Shown: in pieces, positions 20,067 to 31,014 of the stretch | How positions within the stretch are numbered: the first letter of the stretch is position 1 | Layout: the number at the start of each line of letters is the position of its first letter | Source: Fastidiosibacter lacustris | GTDB lineage: Bacteria > Pseudomonadota > Gammaproteobacteria > Francisellales > Francisellaceae | NCBI RefSeq assembly: GCF_003428155.1 | Contig: NZ_QLIR01000001.1 | Coordinates: 1-32,000 of the forward strand | Direction: 5' to 3' | Length of the DNA stretch: 32,000 nucleotides | Translations under genes and position numbers: made by a program | The notes under the pieces: generated by a model | What the model was told of the DNA's origin: nothing | Database searches by the model: none | Seen by the model: only the letters and a program-made list of their open reading frames with translations

Positions 20067-20984
20067 TTATTGTAATTTCAAATTACTGGCTTTAGCAGCT
20101 TGATACATAACTCCAGTGCCCAGTTTTTGACTTAATTGATCAAATAGATTTAACGGTTGAGTAAAATTAATGACTTTCATATTATTGAATTTATCACGTT
20201 GTAAACTGTCAACAGATGCAAAGTCATCAATTAAACCATATTCTTTCGCTTGAATGCCAGAAAATGGCATGCCAGAAAAAATCTTATCTTCGGCTTTAAG
20301 GTTAAGTCTGTCACCTCGAACTGCCTTCACAGCATTGATAAAGACTTGATGTGTTTGGGTAAGCATTGCTTCCATTTCTTTTACTTGTGCTGCACTTTGC
20401 GGTTCAAAAGGATCCAAAAACCCCTTATCTTTACCGGATGTATAGAGTCTACGTTCTACACCAATTTTCTTTAACAACTCGACAAAACCAAATCCATCAG
20501 CACGCACACCGATTGATCCTGTGATAGTCATTTTATTGGTATAGATATCTTTAGCGGCTGAGGCAATATAGTAACCCCCAGATGCACATACATCAAGGCA
20601 TACGGCATAAAGTGGAATTTTTGAATATTTGTTTTGGAGATAGCGCATATGTTCATAAATATTATCGGATTGAACAGGTGAGCCGCCGGGGCTATTGATT
20701 TCAATAATTACAGCTTTGGTGTTTTTATCTTCAAAAGCCGCATCTAGGCTGTTATTAATACGTGTGGCATTAGCATTGCTATCATCAGCAATAACACCAT
20801 CAACTTTTACCAAGGCGATGTGATCTTCTGTTTTAATGGGAGGGGTGCTAAAAGTTTTAAATAATAGACCGATGATTAAAAGAGCAACAACAAGCCAGCA
20901 GAGTCTAAAGAATATCCGCCAGCGTCGTGTGCGCCTTTGTTCAAGTATATAGGCATTAGCAATTCGTTCTAAATGTTCTGACAT
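20067..20984 (-). CDS. sppA: Signal peptide peptidase SppA (short, single-unit type)
   Basis: N-terminal TM, NSPGGSPVQSDNIY, SIGVRADGFG, ASGGYYIASAA; start at MSEHLERI (20984) inside the 21029 ORF. Confidence 0.9.
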   Translation of the reverse strand: MSEHLERIANAYILEQRRTRRWRIFFRLCWLVVALLIIGLLFKTFSTPPIKTEDHIALVKVDGVIADDSNANATRINNSLDAAFEDKNTKAVIIEINSPGGSPVQSDNIYEHMRYLQNKYSKIPLYAVCLDVCASGGYYIASAAKDIYTNKMTITGSIGVRADGFGFVELLKKIGVERRLYTSGKDKGFLDPFEPQSAAQVKEMEAMLTQTHQVFINAVKAVRGDRLNLKAEDKIFSGMPFSGIQAKEYGLIDDFASVDSLQRDKFNNMKVINFTQPLNLFDQLSQKLGTGVMYQAAKASNLKLQ

Positions 20985-21112
20985 GATGGTTCCTTTTTTA
21001 TAAGTGTAAAACGAAAAATGAACAGTCAAATGGTAGAGGAAATTAAGAAAAAAATCAGCAGGATTTATGGTTAAAAGAGAAAGATAGATGGTTTTAAGCT
21101 TAACCTACTTGT

Positions 21113-22921
21113 TTAAAGTGTCTGATATTTGGGTTTTTCTATGCTATGCGGTTTTTCATGTATAACAGTTTGAATAGCAAGCTCATAAAGCTGTTCTTTA
21201 CTTACTTCGGTTGGTGCTTCAGTCATTAAGCAACTTGCAGTTTGTGTTTTAGGAAAAGCAATAACATCGCGGATATTCGTGGTGTGGGTAATCAACATTG
21301 TTAAACGGTCTAAACCAAAAGCAATACCACCGTGGATAGGTGCGCCATATTGTAAAGCATCAAGTAAAAAGCCGAACTTCTCTTTGGCTTCTTGTTCACT
21401 AATACCAAGTAGGGAAAACACGGTTTGTTGCATTTTCTGATCATGAATACGGATAGAACCACCACCAACTTCATAGCCGTTTATAACCATATCATAAGCA
21501 CGTGATAAAGCTTGTGTTGGATTGCTAATCAGCGTTTCACATGAATCGACTTTGGGTGCAGTAAATGGATGATGTAGTGCATATAAACGGTCATCTGCTT
21601 CTTCAAACATCGGGAAATCAATAACCCAAAGTGGTGCCCATTCTTTAGTATGTAATTGCAAATCCTCACCAATTTTAACGCGTAGAGCACCCATAGAGTC
21701 ATTAACAATATTTGTACGTCCTGCGCCAAAGAAAATGATATCACCATCTTCAGCACCCGTTGTAGCAAGTACTTTATCTAGAGCTTGTTCAGAGAGATTT
21801 TTAACAATAGGAGATTGTAATCCTTCTTTACCTTGTGCTTTATTATTGACTTTGACATATGCTAAACCTTTGGCACCATAAATGCCGACAAATTTTGTAT
21901 AATCATCTAGCATTTTACGCGTAAGCTTGTTATTACCTTGTGCCAGACGCATCGCAATGACGCGAGAGTTATTGTCGTTAGCAGGGGCAGAAAATACTTT
22001 AAACTCTTCATTTTTCATAATTTCTTTAACATCAACAAAATAAAGTGGAATGCGCAGGTCAGGTTTGTCAGAACCATATTTATCCATCGCTTCGGCGTAA
22101 CTCATAATAGGAAATTTCTGTGGTAGATCGACATTGATTGTATGTTTGAAAAGAGAGTGAATCATATTCTCCACGATAGACATTAATTGTGCCTCATTAA
22201 TAAATGAGGCTTCAATATCGACTTGAGTAAATTCAGGTTGGCGATCAGCGCGTAGATCTTCATCACGAAAACATTTAACAATTTGATAGTAGCGATCAAA
22301 ACCAGAAACCATCAATATTTGTTTAAATAACTGTGGTGATTGTGGTAGGGCGTAAAATTTGCCATGATGATTTCTGCTTGGCACTAAATAGTCACGTGCA
22401 CCTTCAGGTGTAGCTTTGGTCAAAAAAGGTGTTTCAATATCTAAAAAACCTTGCTCATCTAAAAATCGGCGAATGAATTGTGAAATGCGTGCACGCTGAA
22501 TCAAGCGTTGTTGAATCTCAGGACGTCGCAAATCAATGTAGCGAAATTTTAAGCGTACATCTTCACCAACGTGTTGATGTTCATCAATTTGAAATGGAAT
22601 GGGTTTGGCATGACTGATAATCTCAAGTTTATGTCCAACAATCTCGATTTTACCACTGGCGAGATTTGGATTTTCTTGACCTTCAGGGCGTGCTTTTACA
22701 ATACCTTTAGCTTTTATCACATATTCATGACGAACGTGATCTGCAAGTGTGAATACATTTTGGTTTTGAGGTTCATAAATCAATTGAACCAAGCCACTTC
22801 TATCGCGAATATCTAAAAAAATCACACCACCATGATCACGGCGGCGATGTACCCAACCACAAATTTCTACTGGTTGGTCAATCAGTTTTTCGTTAATGTC
22901 AGAGCTATAATGGCTACGCAT
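21113..22921 (-). CDS. aspS: Aspartyl-tRNA synthetase
   Basis: 602 aa: [65 protein letters not shown]. Confidence 0.97.
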   Translation of the reverse strand: MRSHYSSDINEKLIDQPVEICGWVHRRRDHGGVIFLDIRDRSGLVQLIYEPQNQNVFTLADHVRHEYVIKAKGIVKARPEGQENPNLASGKIEIVGHKLEIISHAKPIPFQIDEHQHVGEDVRLKFRYIDLRRPEIQQRLIQRARISQFIRRFLDEQGFLDIETPFLTKATPEGARDYLVPSRNHHGKFYALPQSPQLFKQILMVSGFDRYYQIVKCFRDEDLRADRQPEFTQVDIEASFINEAQLMSIVENMIHSLFKHTINVDLPQKFPIMSYAEAMDKYGSDKPDLRIPLYFVDVKEIMKNEEFKVFSAPANDNNSRVIAMRLAQGNNKLTRKMLDDYTKFVGIYGAKGLAYVKVNNKAQGKEGLQSPIVKNLSEQALDKVLATTGAEDGDIIFFGAGRTNIVNDSMGALRVKIGEDLQLHTKEWAPLWVIDFPMFEEADDRLYALHHPFTAPKVDSCETLISNPTQALSRAYDMVINGYEVGGGSIRIHDQKMQQTVFSLLGISEQEAKEKFGFLLDALQYGAPIHGGIAFGLDRLTMLITHTTNIRDVIAFPKTQTASCLMTEAPTEVSKEQLYELAIQTVIHEKPHSIEKPKYQTL

Positions 22922-23340
22922 TTTTTATCCTTTAATGATTCAGTTTTAGTAATTGATTGTGCAAACTCAGACGCATGAAAAGCACTTGGAAGTTTGGCAG
23001 TCACATGAACGTTTAAGCATATAGAAATATTAAACAGATGACAATCGTTGAAGATGGTAGTTTTTTCTACAGAATGTTTTTTTATTTTTTAGGTTACAAT
23101 CCGAATTAAAGTGAATATAGAAAGGGTATATAAATTTTATACAACTGCAAACGTCTGTTCTACTAAGTAAAAAACAATGACTAGAATGTAGTTTTGATCT
23201 TTGGTTTGCTAATAAGCATATGTTAAAAACCAGAGAGATTAACAGTTAAGCTTGCTTTTACTTAGATTGCAAAAGAAAATCTAAAAACAATGCATTACAA
23301 TTTTACTCGTTTTATAAAGTGACTAAATCATCGAGGGTGT

Positions 23341-23820
23341 GTGAGAAATAAAAAAAGTCATAAAGTCCTTATTGTAGGAATTGGTTCGCCTTTTGGTGAT
23401 GATCAATTTGGGTGGTTAGTTGCTAAAAACATCCAAGAAAGATTAATTGCCAAGCATAGAGTTGATGTTGAGATTGTAGATCGACCTGGTTTGAATTTAC
23501 TTAGATTTTTAGAGCAGGGTTATCAAAAAATTATTCTTATTGATGCGGTGAATGCGGGTCTGAGAATAGGAGAAATACTTTGTCTGAAAGCGAATGAGAT
23601 ATCTAAATTTATTAAGGGTTCTCTATCATCTCATCATATCGGTGTGGCACCTTCACTTGCTTTGGCAAATGCGTTGAATATGAATATCAGTCATGTCATT
23701 TTTTATGGCGTTCAAGGTGAGCGGTTATTCGTTAAGGATGGTCAGTTATCGCAGATGGTAGAAGATGCTATTTCCCCTATGGTTAGCAAGATCTACTATG
23801 AGCACGTCCTTCATAGCTAA
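23341..23820 (+). CDS. Hydrogenase maturation protease (peptidase M52, HyaD/HupD type)
   Basis: VLIVGIGSPFGDDQFGWLVAKNI, IILIDAVNAG, SSHHIGVAPSLALANAL. Confidence 0.8.
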   Translation: MRNKKSHKVLIVGIGSPFGDDQFGWLVAKNIQERLIAKHRVDVEIVDRPGLNLLRFLEQGYQKIILIDAVNAGLRIGEILCLKANEISKFIKGSLSSHHIGVAPSLALANALNMNISHVIFYGVQGERLFVKDGQLSQMVEDAISPMVSKIYYEHVLHS

Positions 23821-23920
23821 AGCGATGTATGATCGTGATAATTAGGAAGCAGTAAGGTAATAGGTATGGTAAATAAGTGTTTCTTAAATGGGATATCCCG
23901 TTGCGACCATGTTTATTTTA

Positions 23921-26026
23921 TTATTTTTTCTCATGTGCTCCAGCCTGAATTGCGGTAATTGCAATAGTATAGATAATGTCATCCACTGTAGCGCCTCGTG
24001 ATAAATCATTAATAGGCTTGTTAAGACCTTGCAAAATAGGACCAATACTTAGCACATTAGCACTTCTTTGTACGGCTTTATAAGTCGTATTTCCTGTGTT
24101 AAGGTCAGGAAAAATCAGTACCGTGGCATATCCTGCAACTGGACTTTGTGGCGCTTTTTTGCAAGCAACAGACAATGTTGTTGCAGCGTCATATTGTAAA
24201 GGTCCATCAATGACTAAGTCTGGTCGTTTTTGTTTAACGATTTCTGTTGCTTGACGCACTTTGTCAACGTCAACGCCATACCCTGATTGACCGGTGCTGT
24301 AGCTGATCATCGCGATCTTAGGATCAATTCCAAACGCATCAGCTGATTCTGCGCTTTGAATAGCAATCTCGGCTAATTCTTGTGCATTAGGATCAGGATT
24401 AACTGCACAGTCTCCATAAACTAATACTTGATCTTCTAGACACATGAAAAAAACTGAAGAAACAATTGAGCATTCAGGTTTTGTTTTAATAATTTTTAAT
24501 GCAGGAGAGATGGTATGTGCTGTGGTATTTAGTGCTCCAGCTACTAAACCATCTGCATCACCAATGGCAAGCATCATTGTGCCAAGGGTGACAGTGTCTT
24601 CTAAACTCCCGCGCGCCAAAACATCTGTCATGCCTTTATGCTTACGCTTCTCAATTAGAGGTGCTACATATTTTTCTTTAATGCTATCTGGATCAATTGT
24701 TTTGAGTGTATCAGAGAAGCTTAAACCATGCTTTTGTGCAATTTCTAAAATTTTCTCGCGTTTGCCAAGTAGAATACATTCAGCAACTTTACGTTTAGTG
24801 CAAAAAATGGCGGCTTCAATTGTACGTGGTTCGTATCCTTCTGGCAGCACAATACGTTTTTGCTTTTCAGTCGCACGCTTAATAAGATAGTGACGAAATG
24901 CAGGAGGTGACATTTTTTTATTGACAGTTCCTTTTTGTAGTCGTTGTTCAATTTTTCTAATATCAATATGTTCAGCGATTAAAGCTTTAAGCAACACTAA
25001 GCGCTCAGTGTCATCTTTTGGAATGCTGCTATAGTCAATATCGGCAAGTTTTAAAATAGTGCTAATGCTTTTACTTTCAGTCGCAAAAATCGGGAGTTGA
25101 GTTTGCTGAGCAGTATGTAAACAAAAGTCAATCACATTTTTATTGACCAGTGAAAATGCAGTAAGGATGAGTCCAGAAATTTGAATTTCTTTTTGCGCCG
25201 CAAGTGTTGTTGCCAAAATAATATCACTACGGTCAGAAGCAGTAATAATCAGCACTCCTGGTTTAAGCTCATCTACAACATGATCGATAGTACGTGAGCA
25301 CATAGTAACGACTTGAACTCGCCGATTGTGATCAAAGTTTTCGTGTACAGCTGAAAGCCCAAGCCAATTGGCAATATCAATAACACGTGGAAAAGCAAGT
25401 TTATCTTGCCAATAGGTCACACCAAGCAGGGTCAAATTATGGTTTTTAAAAATAGGCATTTCCTTAATATTTGCTGTTGTGATCATGTTAGTCATAACAG
25501 AAGGTAAAGATTCATCTAATAAGCTAAAACGGTTATTACCATATTTATCAATAGGGGCATTGAGTTTGGTGATAATGGCGCCAACAAGCGATTGGCTAGG
25601 AATTTGCTGTTTATAGTGTTCAAGTTGTGCTTCAAGCTCTAAGAGGTTTTTATTGCCTTGTCTTGCGATTAATACGACATCTGCATTAAAAGCATGAATC
25701 AGAGTGGAATTAAAAAGAGAAGTAAATGTGTTGAGCCATTTAAAATCATTATGATTGTGTTCTTTGATAAATATGCCGTCAATTAGTATAATATCAGTTC
25801 CTTCGCTTTTTTGATCATAAATATTCAATAGGTGCTCAAAAAATGCCTTTACACGATTTTGGCGAAAGTATTGTTCAATATCGACAGAAGATAAGTTAGA
25901 GTCAAATAAAGGGTTAAACAGTTTAACCGTATAACCTTGTTCTTCAAGTGCATGTTTTAAACCCTGTTTCAGTGAAAAGAGTCCAACACTTTGACCGGTT
26001 GGCAGTAAAACAATCGGGAGTGGCAT
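23921..26026 (-). CDS. pta: Phosphate acetyltransferase (long Pta form)
   Basis: 701 aa, C-terminal PTA_PTB domain (IVLPEGYEPRTIEAAIFC..., STGQSGYGVDVDKVRQAT, DGPLQYDAA). Confidence 0.95.
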   Translation of the reverse strand: MPLPIVLLPTGQSVGLFSLKQGLKHALEEQGYTVKLFNPLFDSNLSSVDIEQYFRQNRVKAFFEHLLNIYDQKSEGTDIILIDGIFIKEHNHNDFKWLNTFTSLFNSTLIHAFNADVVLIARQGNKNLLELEAQLEHYKQQIPSQSLVGAIITKLNAPIDKYGNNRFSLLDESLPSVMTNMITTANIKEMPIFKNHNLTLLGVTYWQDKLAFPRVIDIANWLGLSAVHENFDHNRRVQVVTMCSRTIDHVVDELKPGVLIITASDRSDIILATTLAAQKEIQISGLILTAFSLVNKNVIDFCLHTAQQTQLPIFATESKSISTILKLADIDYSSIPKDDTERLVLLKALIAEHIDIRKIEQRLQKGTVNKKMSPPAFRHYLIKRATEKQKRIVLPEGYEPRTIEAAIFCTKRKVAECILLGKREKILEIAQKHGLSFSDTLKTIDPDSIKEKYVAPLIEKRKHKGMTDVLARGSLEDTVTLGTMMLAIGDADGLVAGALNTTAHTISPALKIIKTKPECSIVSSVFFMCLEDQVLVYGDCAVNPDPNAQELAEIAIQSAESADAFGIDPKIAMISYSTGQSGYGVDVDKVRQATEIVKQKRPDLVIDGPLQYDAATTLSVACKKAPQSPVAGYATVLIFPDLNTGNTTYKAVQRSANVLSIGPILQGLNKPINDLSRGATVDDIIYTIAITAIQAGAHEKK

Positions 26027-26048
26027 GTTTATTCCTTCCTAAAGTGAC

Positions 26049-27257
26049 TTAAATTAAGTGCTGACATGCTTGTGCAATCATCAGTTCTTCATTGGTTGGA
26101 AGTACCATGATGCGCTTACTATTGTGTGCTTGAATTTCAGTATATGTTTTTGGTGCCTGATTACATTTATCATTGATTTTAAAATCAAGGTTATTAAGGT
26201 TATTTATGATTTTTTGGCGAACTAAAGCACTATTTTCACCAATTCCAGCGGTAAAAATAAGACCATCAAAACGATCAAAATACATCATATAACTTGCAAT
26301 GAAGCTTGCAGCACGGTGACAAAAAATTGCTAATGCAGTTTCGGCTTTTTTATTTCCTTGAGTAATCATTTTACTAATGTCGCGCATATCACTTTTGCCG
26401 CAAAGTGCCAACAGACCACCTTGTCTATTCAATAGAGTGGTGATTTCATCGATGCTTATTTTTAGTTGTTTGTGTAGATATTGAAATATTCCAGGATCTA
26501 TGCCGCCTGAGCGTGTGCCCATAACAAGACCATCTAGTGGCGTAAATCCCATGCTGGTGTCAATGCTTTTACCTTCTTTGATAGCAGTAATACTGCAACC
26601 GTTACCTAGGTGTGCACTGATAAAATTGCCTCTTTCGATATCTAAATATTGTGCAGCATCTTTAGCAACATAGTGGTGACTAATGCCATGAAAACCATAT
26701 TTTCTTACGTGTTGATCATAATAAAATGTATCTTGAATTGCATAGCGATGAATATGTTCAGGAATACTGTGGTGAAACGCGGTATCAAACATTGCGACTT
26801 GTGGAATATGAGGGAAGTGCGTTAAGCAAAATTCGATACCAGCTAAATTTGCAGGGTTATGTAAAGGTGCTAAAGGAATGAGTTGTTTGATTTTAGTAAT
26901 TACGCTTTGATCAACAATAACAGCTTCATTGAAAAGATGACCACCGTGCACAACCCTATGTCCAATGCCTGTAATGCAGTCAAAAAAATCATAGCTTTTC
27001 AATGTTTCTACAATCAAACCAAATGCAAGTCTATAGTTCATATTAGATTGGGTGAACGTTTGTTTATCTTGTGCTGCATTTGCGAAAGAAAAGCAAGCAT
27101 CACTTTGTCCAATTTTATCTGCAATTCCAAAAAAAATAGCCATAGTTTGATGATGATTAAACAAAGCAAATTTAATTGATGAGCTACCGCAATTAAATAT
27201 TAAAAAGTATCGTTTATCTGACATGAGAAAAAAAGCTACACTCAAGTGAGCTTTCAA
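26049..27257 (-). CDS. ackA: Acetate kinase
   Basis: FLIFNCGSSSIKFALF, GHRVVHGG, FDTAFH, HLGNGCSITAIKEGKSIDTSMGFTPLDGLVMGTRSG. Confidence 0.96.
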   Translation of the reverse strand: MKAHLSVAFFLMSDKRYFLIFNCGSSSIKFALFNHHQTMAIFFGIADKIGQSDACFSFANAAQDKQTFTQSNMNYRLAFGLIVETLKSYDFFDCITGIGHRVVHGGHLFNEAVIVDQSVITKIKQLIPLAPLHNPANLAGIEFCLTHFPHIPQVAMFDTAFHHSIPEHIHRYAIQDTFYYDQHVRKYGFHGISHHYVAKDAAQYLDIERGNFISAHLGNGCSITAIKEGKSIDTSMGFTPLDGLVMGTRSGGIDPGIFQYLHKQLKISIDEITTLLNRQGGLLALCGKSDMRDISKMITQGNKKAETALAIFCHRAASFIASYMMYFDRFDGLIFTAGIGENSALVRQKIINNLNNLDFKINDKCNQAPKTYTEIQAHNSKRIMVLPTNEELMIAQACQHLI

Positions 27258-27406
27258 TATAACCTGATAATGACGCTAATGAAAAGCTCTAATCAACAAA
27301 AACTTGCGTTGTATCATAAAAAGGTTAAATATAAGTAGTGCACGCTTTAGTGAAAAATGTGATTTGTGTTACTCTGCAAATAAATAAAGTGATTGACAAT
27401 TAGTAT

Positions 27407-27760
27407 ATGCACGAGTTTTCTCTTTGTCAGAGTGTCATTAAAATCGTATCTGATCAGCTTATAAAAAAGAAGTATAAAAGCACCAATAAGATCAATAAAG
27501 TAATACTGAGTATAGGCGAGATTGCAGGAGTTGATATTGAATCAATCCGATTTTGGTTTCCAGTTGTGGCAAAAGACACCCCTTTAGAAAAAGCACAGCT
27601 GGAGGTCAAGCTCAAAGAAGGTAAGGCTTTGTGTTTAAGATGCAATTATGTGTATCGATTATTTAAGTTATATCAGGCTTGCCCAAATTGTGAATCATAT
27701 GAGAAGCATATCTTAAGTGGTCAAGAAATGTTGGTTAAAAATATTGAAATGAGCAATTGA
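27407..27760 (+). CDS. hypA: Hydrogenase nickel incorporation protein HypA
   Basis: MHEFSLCQSVIKIV..., CLRC...CPNC zinc site. Confidence 0.93.
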   Translation: MHEFSLCQSVIKIVSDQLIKKKYKSTNKINKVILSIGEIAGVDIESIRFWFPVVAKDTPLEKAQLEVKLKEGKALCLRCNYVYRLFKLYQACPNCESYEKHILSGQEMLVKNIEMSN

Positions 27761-27793
27761 ACGTTTTTTTATTTTCACATCTAAGGAGCAAAA

Positions 27794-28528
27794 ATGTGTA
27801 CAACTTGTGGATGTCAAGGTAATACCTATCATGAGCATGATCACCACCATTATGAGCATCGAATTGATAGTATTGAAATTGAAAAGGCGATTTTAGAAGT
27901 CAATGATTATCATGCAAAGCATAATCGTGAATATTTAGACAAACGAAATGCTGTAGCATTAAATTTTGTATCCAGTCCAGGTTCTGGTAAGACTTCACTA
28001 CTTGAAAAGACAGTTTCTGCACTTCAACAAAAGTATTTAGTTGCTGTTGTAGAAGGCGATCAACATACAGAAATCGATGCAGATAGAATACGTAAAGTAG
28101 GTGGTCAGGCTTATCAAATCAATACGGGTAAAACATGTCATTTGGATGCCCACATGGTTGGTCATGCATTTGAACATTTAGCAATAGCAGAGAATAGCTT
28201 TGTTTTTATTGAAAACGTTGGCAATTTGATTTGTCCTGCTATGTTTGATTTAGGAGAGCATCATCGGATTGCTGTGATTTCAACAACTGAAGGAGATGAT
28301 AAACCTCTTAAGTATCCAGATATGTTTTATTATGCTGATACCGTTGTGATCAATAAAACAGATTTATTACCTTATGTTGATTTCGATACTAAGCGCTGTA
28401 TAGATAATATACGTAAGATTCGTACTGAGGCAAGGGTGTTTGAGTTATCTGTAAAAACAGGTCAAGGGTTAAATATATGGGTTAGCTGGCTAAAAAGTTT
28501 GATTAAAGAAAGAATAAACACGGTATGA
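27794..28528 (+). CDS. hypB: Hydrogenase nickel-incorporation GTPase HypB
   Basis: MCTTCGC metal site, His-rich stretch HEHDHHHYEH, P-loop SSPGSGKTS, NKTDLL. Confidence 0.96.
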   Translation: MCTTCGCQGNTYHEHDHHHYEHRIDSIEIEKAILEVNDYHAKHNREYLDKRNAVALNFVSSPGSGKTSLLEKTVSALQQKYLVAVVEGDQHTEIDADRIRKVGGQAYQINTGKTCHLDAHMVGHAFEHLAIAENSFVFIENVGNLICPAMFDLGEHHRIAVISTTEGDDKPLKYPDMFYYADTVVINKTDLLPYVDFDTKRCIDNIRKIRTEARVFELSVKTGQGLNIWVSWLKSLIKERINTV

Positions 28529-28532
28529 AATT

Positions 28533-30821
28533 ATGAAAGGCTGTGTGAAGGTTGTAGCAAACGGCGTTGTGCAAGGTGTGGGTTTTAGACCTTTTATTTA
28601 TCGTTTGGCTCGTGATTTTAAGTTAAATGGTAGTGTGCAGAACACACCAAGAGGTGTTGAAATTATACTAGACACCACACTCAAACATGCTCAGTTGTTT
28701 ATTGACGCAATCAAAACACATCTGCCAACTTTAGCAAGATTGGAAATGATCAGTATGAGTATTGTTGATTCTGCAAAAAAATATTCTACTTTTGAAATTT
28801 TAAAGAGTGAGCAAGGTGAAAGTGCAACACAAATTCCTATTGACACTGCCATTTGTACCTTATGTTTACAAGAACTCTTTTCACCAAATAGTGGTTATTA
28901 CCTTTACCCTTACGTTAGCTGTACTCACTGTGGTCCACGTTATAGTGTGATTGATGCCTTGCCATACGATCGTGATAAAACAACGTTTAATGATTTTCCG
29001 TTATGTTCTTCTTGCTTGGCAGTGTATCAAGATCCATTAAATAGGCGCTATCATGCTCAAACGACGGTTTGTGAAAAATGTGGGCCACAACTGTCACATC
29101 ACTTTCATGAGATGAGCGATATTTTACATCAAGGTAGAATCTTAGCTTTGAAAAGCCATAATGGTTTTAGACTGATTCTAAATGCCCAGGATGAACAAGC
29201 CATAAGCTTGTTGCGTAAACGGAAGTTTCGACCACAGAAGCCGTTTGCCTTAATGTCTTTGAACATGGAAAGCATAAAGCAATATGTTATGGTAGGTGAC
29301 AAAGAATCGACATTATTGCATTTGCCACAGCGCCCAATTGTATTATTGAGCAAAAAGGAAAATTGTAAGCTACCAAGTAGCTTAGCTCCTGGTTTAAATG
29401 AACTCGGTTTTATGCTGCCGGCAACAGGGTTAGATTATTTGCTTTTTTATTATCTGTTAGGAAAACCTCAAGGACAGCAGTGGTTACAACAAGCTCATGA
29501 TCTTGCTCTTATCGTAACAAGTGCAAATTTATCTGGTGGCAGTATTATTGCGAACAATATGGCAGCAAAAGAAAAATTACACTTTATTGCAGATTTAATC
29601 GTTGATGATAATCGTAAAATTGCTATGCAAAGTGATGATAGTGTAATGCGAGTTGTGGCAAATAAATCGATGATGATTCGTCGATCTAGAGGGTTTACAC
29701 CTACAACTTTAGCACTAAAAGAGAAGCTTCCAAGCGTATTTGCAGCTGGAGCGTTATTAAAAAATACTTTTTGCTTTATTGATAAGAGTGAAGCATATTT
29801 GTCTCAGTATATCGGCGATATGGATAATCAGGATAGCATCGAGTATTTTCAAAAAGCGTTTCACCATTATCAAAAGCTATTTGGTATGAAGTTCTCAGCA
29901 GTAGGGTGTGATTTACATCCGGATTTTTATACAACCAGTTTTGTTGAGCGTCTTGATTTGCCTTTGTATAAAATTCAACACCATAAAGCTCATGCTGCAT
30001 CAGTGATTGCTGAACATAACATCAAAGGAGAGGCATTAGCACTTATTTTAGATGGCTTTGGTATGGGAGAAGATGGGGTTGCAAGAGGTGGTGAGTTATA
30101 TCACTGTAATATAGCTGAACTTAGCTTTAAGCAAATAGGTGAGCTTAGTCCTATGATTTATCTAGGTGGGGATAGAGTACAAAAAGAGCCCTGGCGTATG
30201 GCCTTATCGTTATGTGTTGAACTTGCCCTTAGTGTACCAAACTATTTGTTAGAGCATCGAAATTCAAAAATATTCTTAGATTTGTTACAACAAAATAGCT
30301 CAAGTTTACCTGTTACAACTAGTATGGGACGCTTATTTGACGGCATTTCAAGTTTACTAGATATCTGTCATTACAATAGTTTTGAAGGTGAGGCTGCTAT
30401 GAAGTTAGAGGCATTAGCAATTACTCCTGTCGTTGACGAAGCATTGTTCAAATTAAATCCAAACAACCAATTGGATATTTCTTGGTTGATTAAAGCATTA
30501 TTAAGTAGTTCAAACCAAACGCAGGCAAGTAATTTGTTTCATGGCACGTTGGCATATGCGTTAAGCGTTTGGATGGATAAAAATGCACAAGTCAAAGACA
30601 TAAAACAAGTCATTTTAAGTGGTGGATGTTTTCAGAATAAAGTGTTATTGACGCTATTATTAGCGCATTTAAAAGAGAGGGGTTTAACTGTTTATATTCC
30701 TGAGTCTGTCCCTGTAAACGATGGTGGTGTGAGCTTAGGGCAAGCCTGGTTTGCTGCTAAAAAATACCAGAAGGAGAAACAAAATGTGTTTAGCAATTCC
30801 TGCACAAGTGATTGCACTTAA
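28533..30821 (+). CDS. hypF: Carbamoyltransferase HypF
   Basis: Acylphosphatase domain VQGVGFRPFIYRLA, double zinc finger CTLCLQELF..CTHCGPRYS..CSSCLAVY..CEKCGPQL, Kae1-like VILSGGCFQNKVLL. Confidence 0.96.
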   Translation: MKGCVKVVANGVVQGVGFRPFIYRLARDFKLNGSVQNTPRGVEIILDTTLKHAQLFIDAIKTHLPTLARLEMISMSIVDSAKKYSTFEILKSEQGESATQIPIDTAICTLCLQELFSPNSGYYLYPYVSCTHCGPRYSVIDALPYDRDKTTFNDFPLCSSCLAVYQDPLNRRYHAQTTVCEKCGPQLSHHFHEMSDILHQGRILALKSHNGFRLILNAQDEQAISLLRKRKFRPQKPFALMSLNMESIKQYVMVGDKESTLLHLPQRPIVLLSKKENCKLPSSLAPGLNELGFMLPATGLDYLLFYYLLGKPQGQQWLQQAHDLALIVTSANLSGGSIIANNMAAKEKLHFIADLIVDDNRKIAMQSDDSVMRVVANKSMMIRRSRGFTPTTLALKEKLPSVFAAGALLKNTFCFIDKSEAYLSQYIGDMDNQDSIEYFQKAFHHYQKLFGMKFSAVGCDLHPDFYTTSFVERLDLPLYKIQHHKAHAASVIAEHNIKGEALALILDGFGMGEDGVARGGELYHCNIAELSFKQIGELSPMIYLGGDRVQKEPWRMALSLCVELALSVPNYLLEHRNSKIFLDLLQQNSSSLPVTTSMGRLFDGISSLLDICHYNSFEGEAAMKLEALAITPVVDEALFKLNPNNQLDISWLIKALLSSSNQTQASNLFHGTLAYALSVWMDKNAQVKDIKQVILSGGCFQNKVLLTLLLAHLKERGLTVYIPESVPVNDGGVSLGQAWFAAKKYQKEKQNVFSNSCTSDCT

Positions 30822-31005
30822 AAAAGATCAACAGGCGCTTGTTAATGTTGGTGGAGTGCATAAAGAGATTTCTTTGGTGTTGCTGGCAGAAAATATTAAG
30901 GTGGGTGAATACGTGCTTGTTCATGTGGGCTTTGCATTGAGTAAGCTTAATGAAGAAAAAGCCAAACAGACTTTAGCTGACTTTGCTCAGATGTTAAAAC
31001 AATGA
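30784..31005 (+). CDS. hypC: Hydrogenase assembly chaperone HypC
   Basis: MCLAIPAQVIALKKDQQALVNVGGV; the true start is inside the 30751 ORF, overlapping the hypF 3' end. Confidence 0.94.
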   Translation: MCLAIPAQVIALKKDQQALVNVGGVHKEISLVLLAENIKVGEYVLVHVGFALSKLNEEKAKQTLADFAQMLKQ

Positions 31006-31014
31006 GGATCAGTC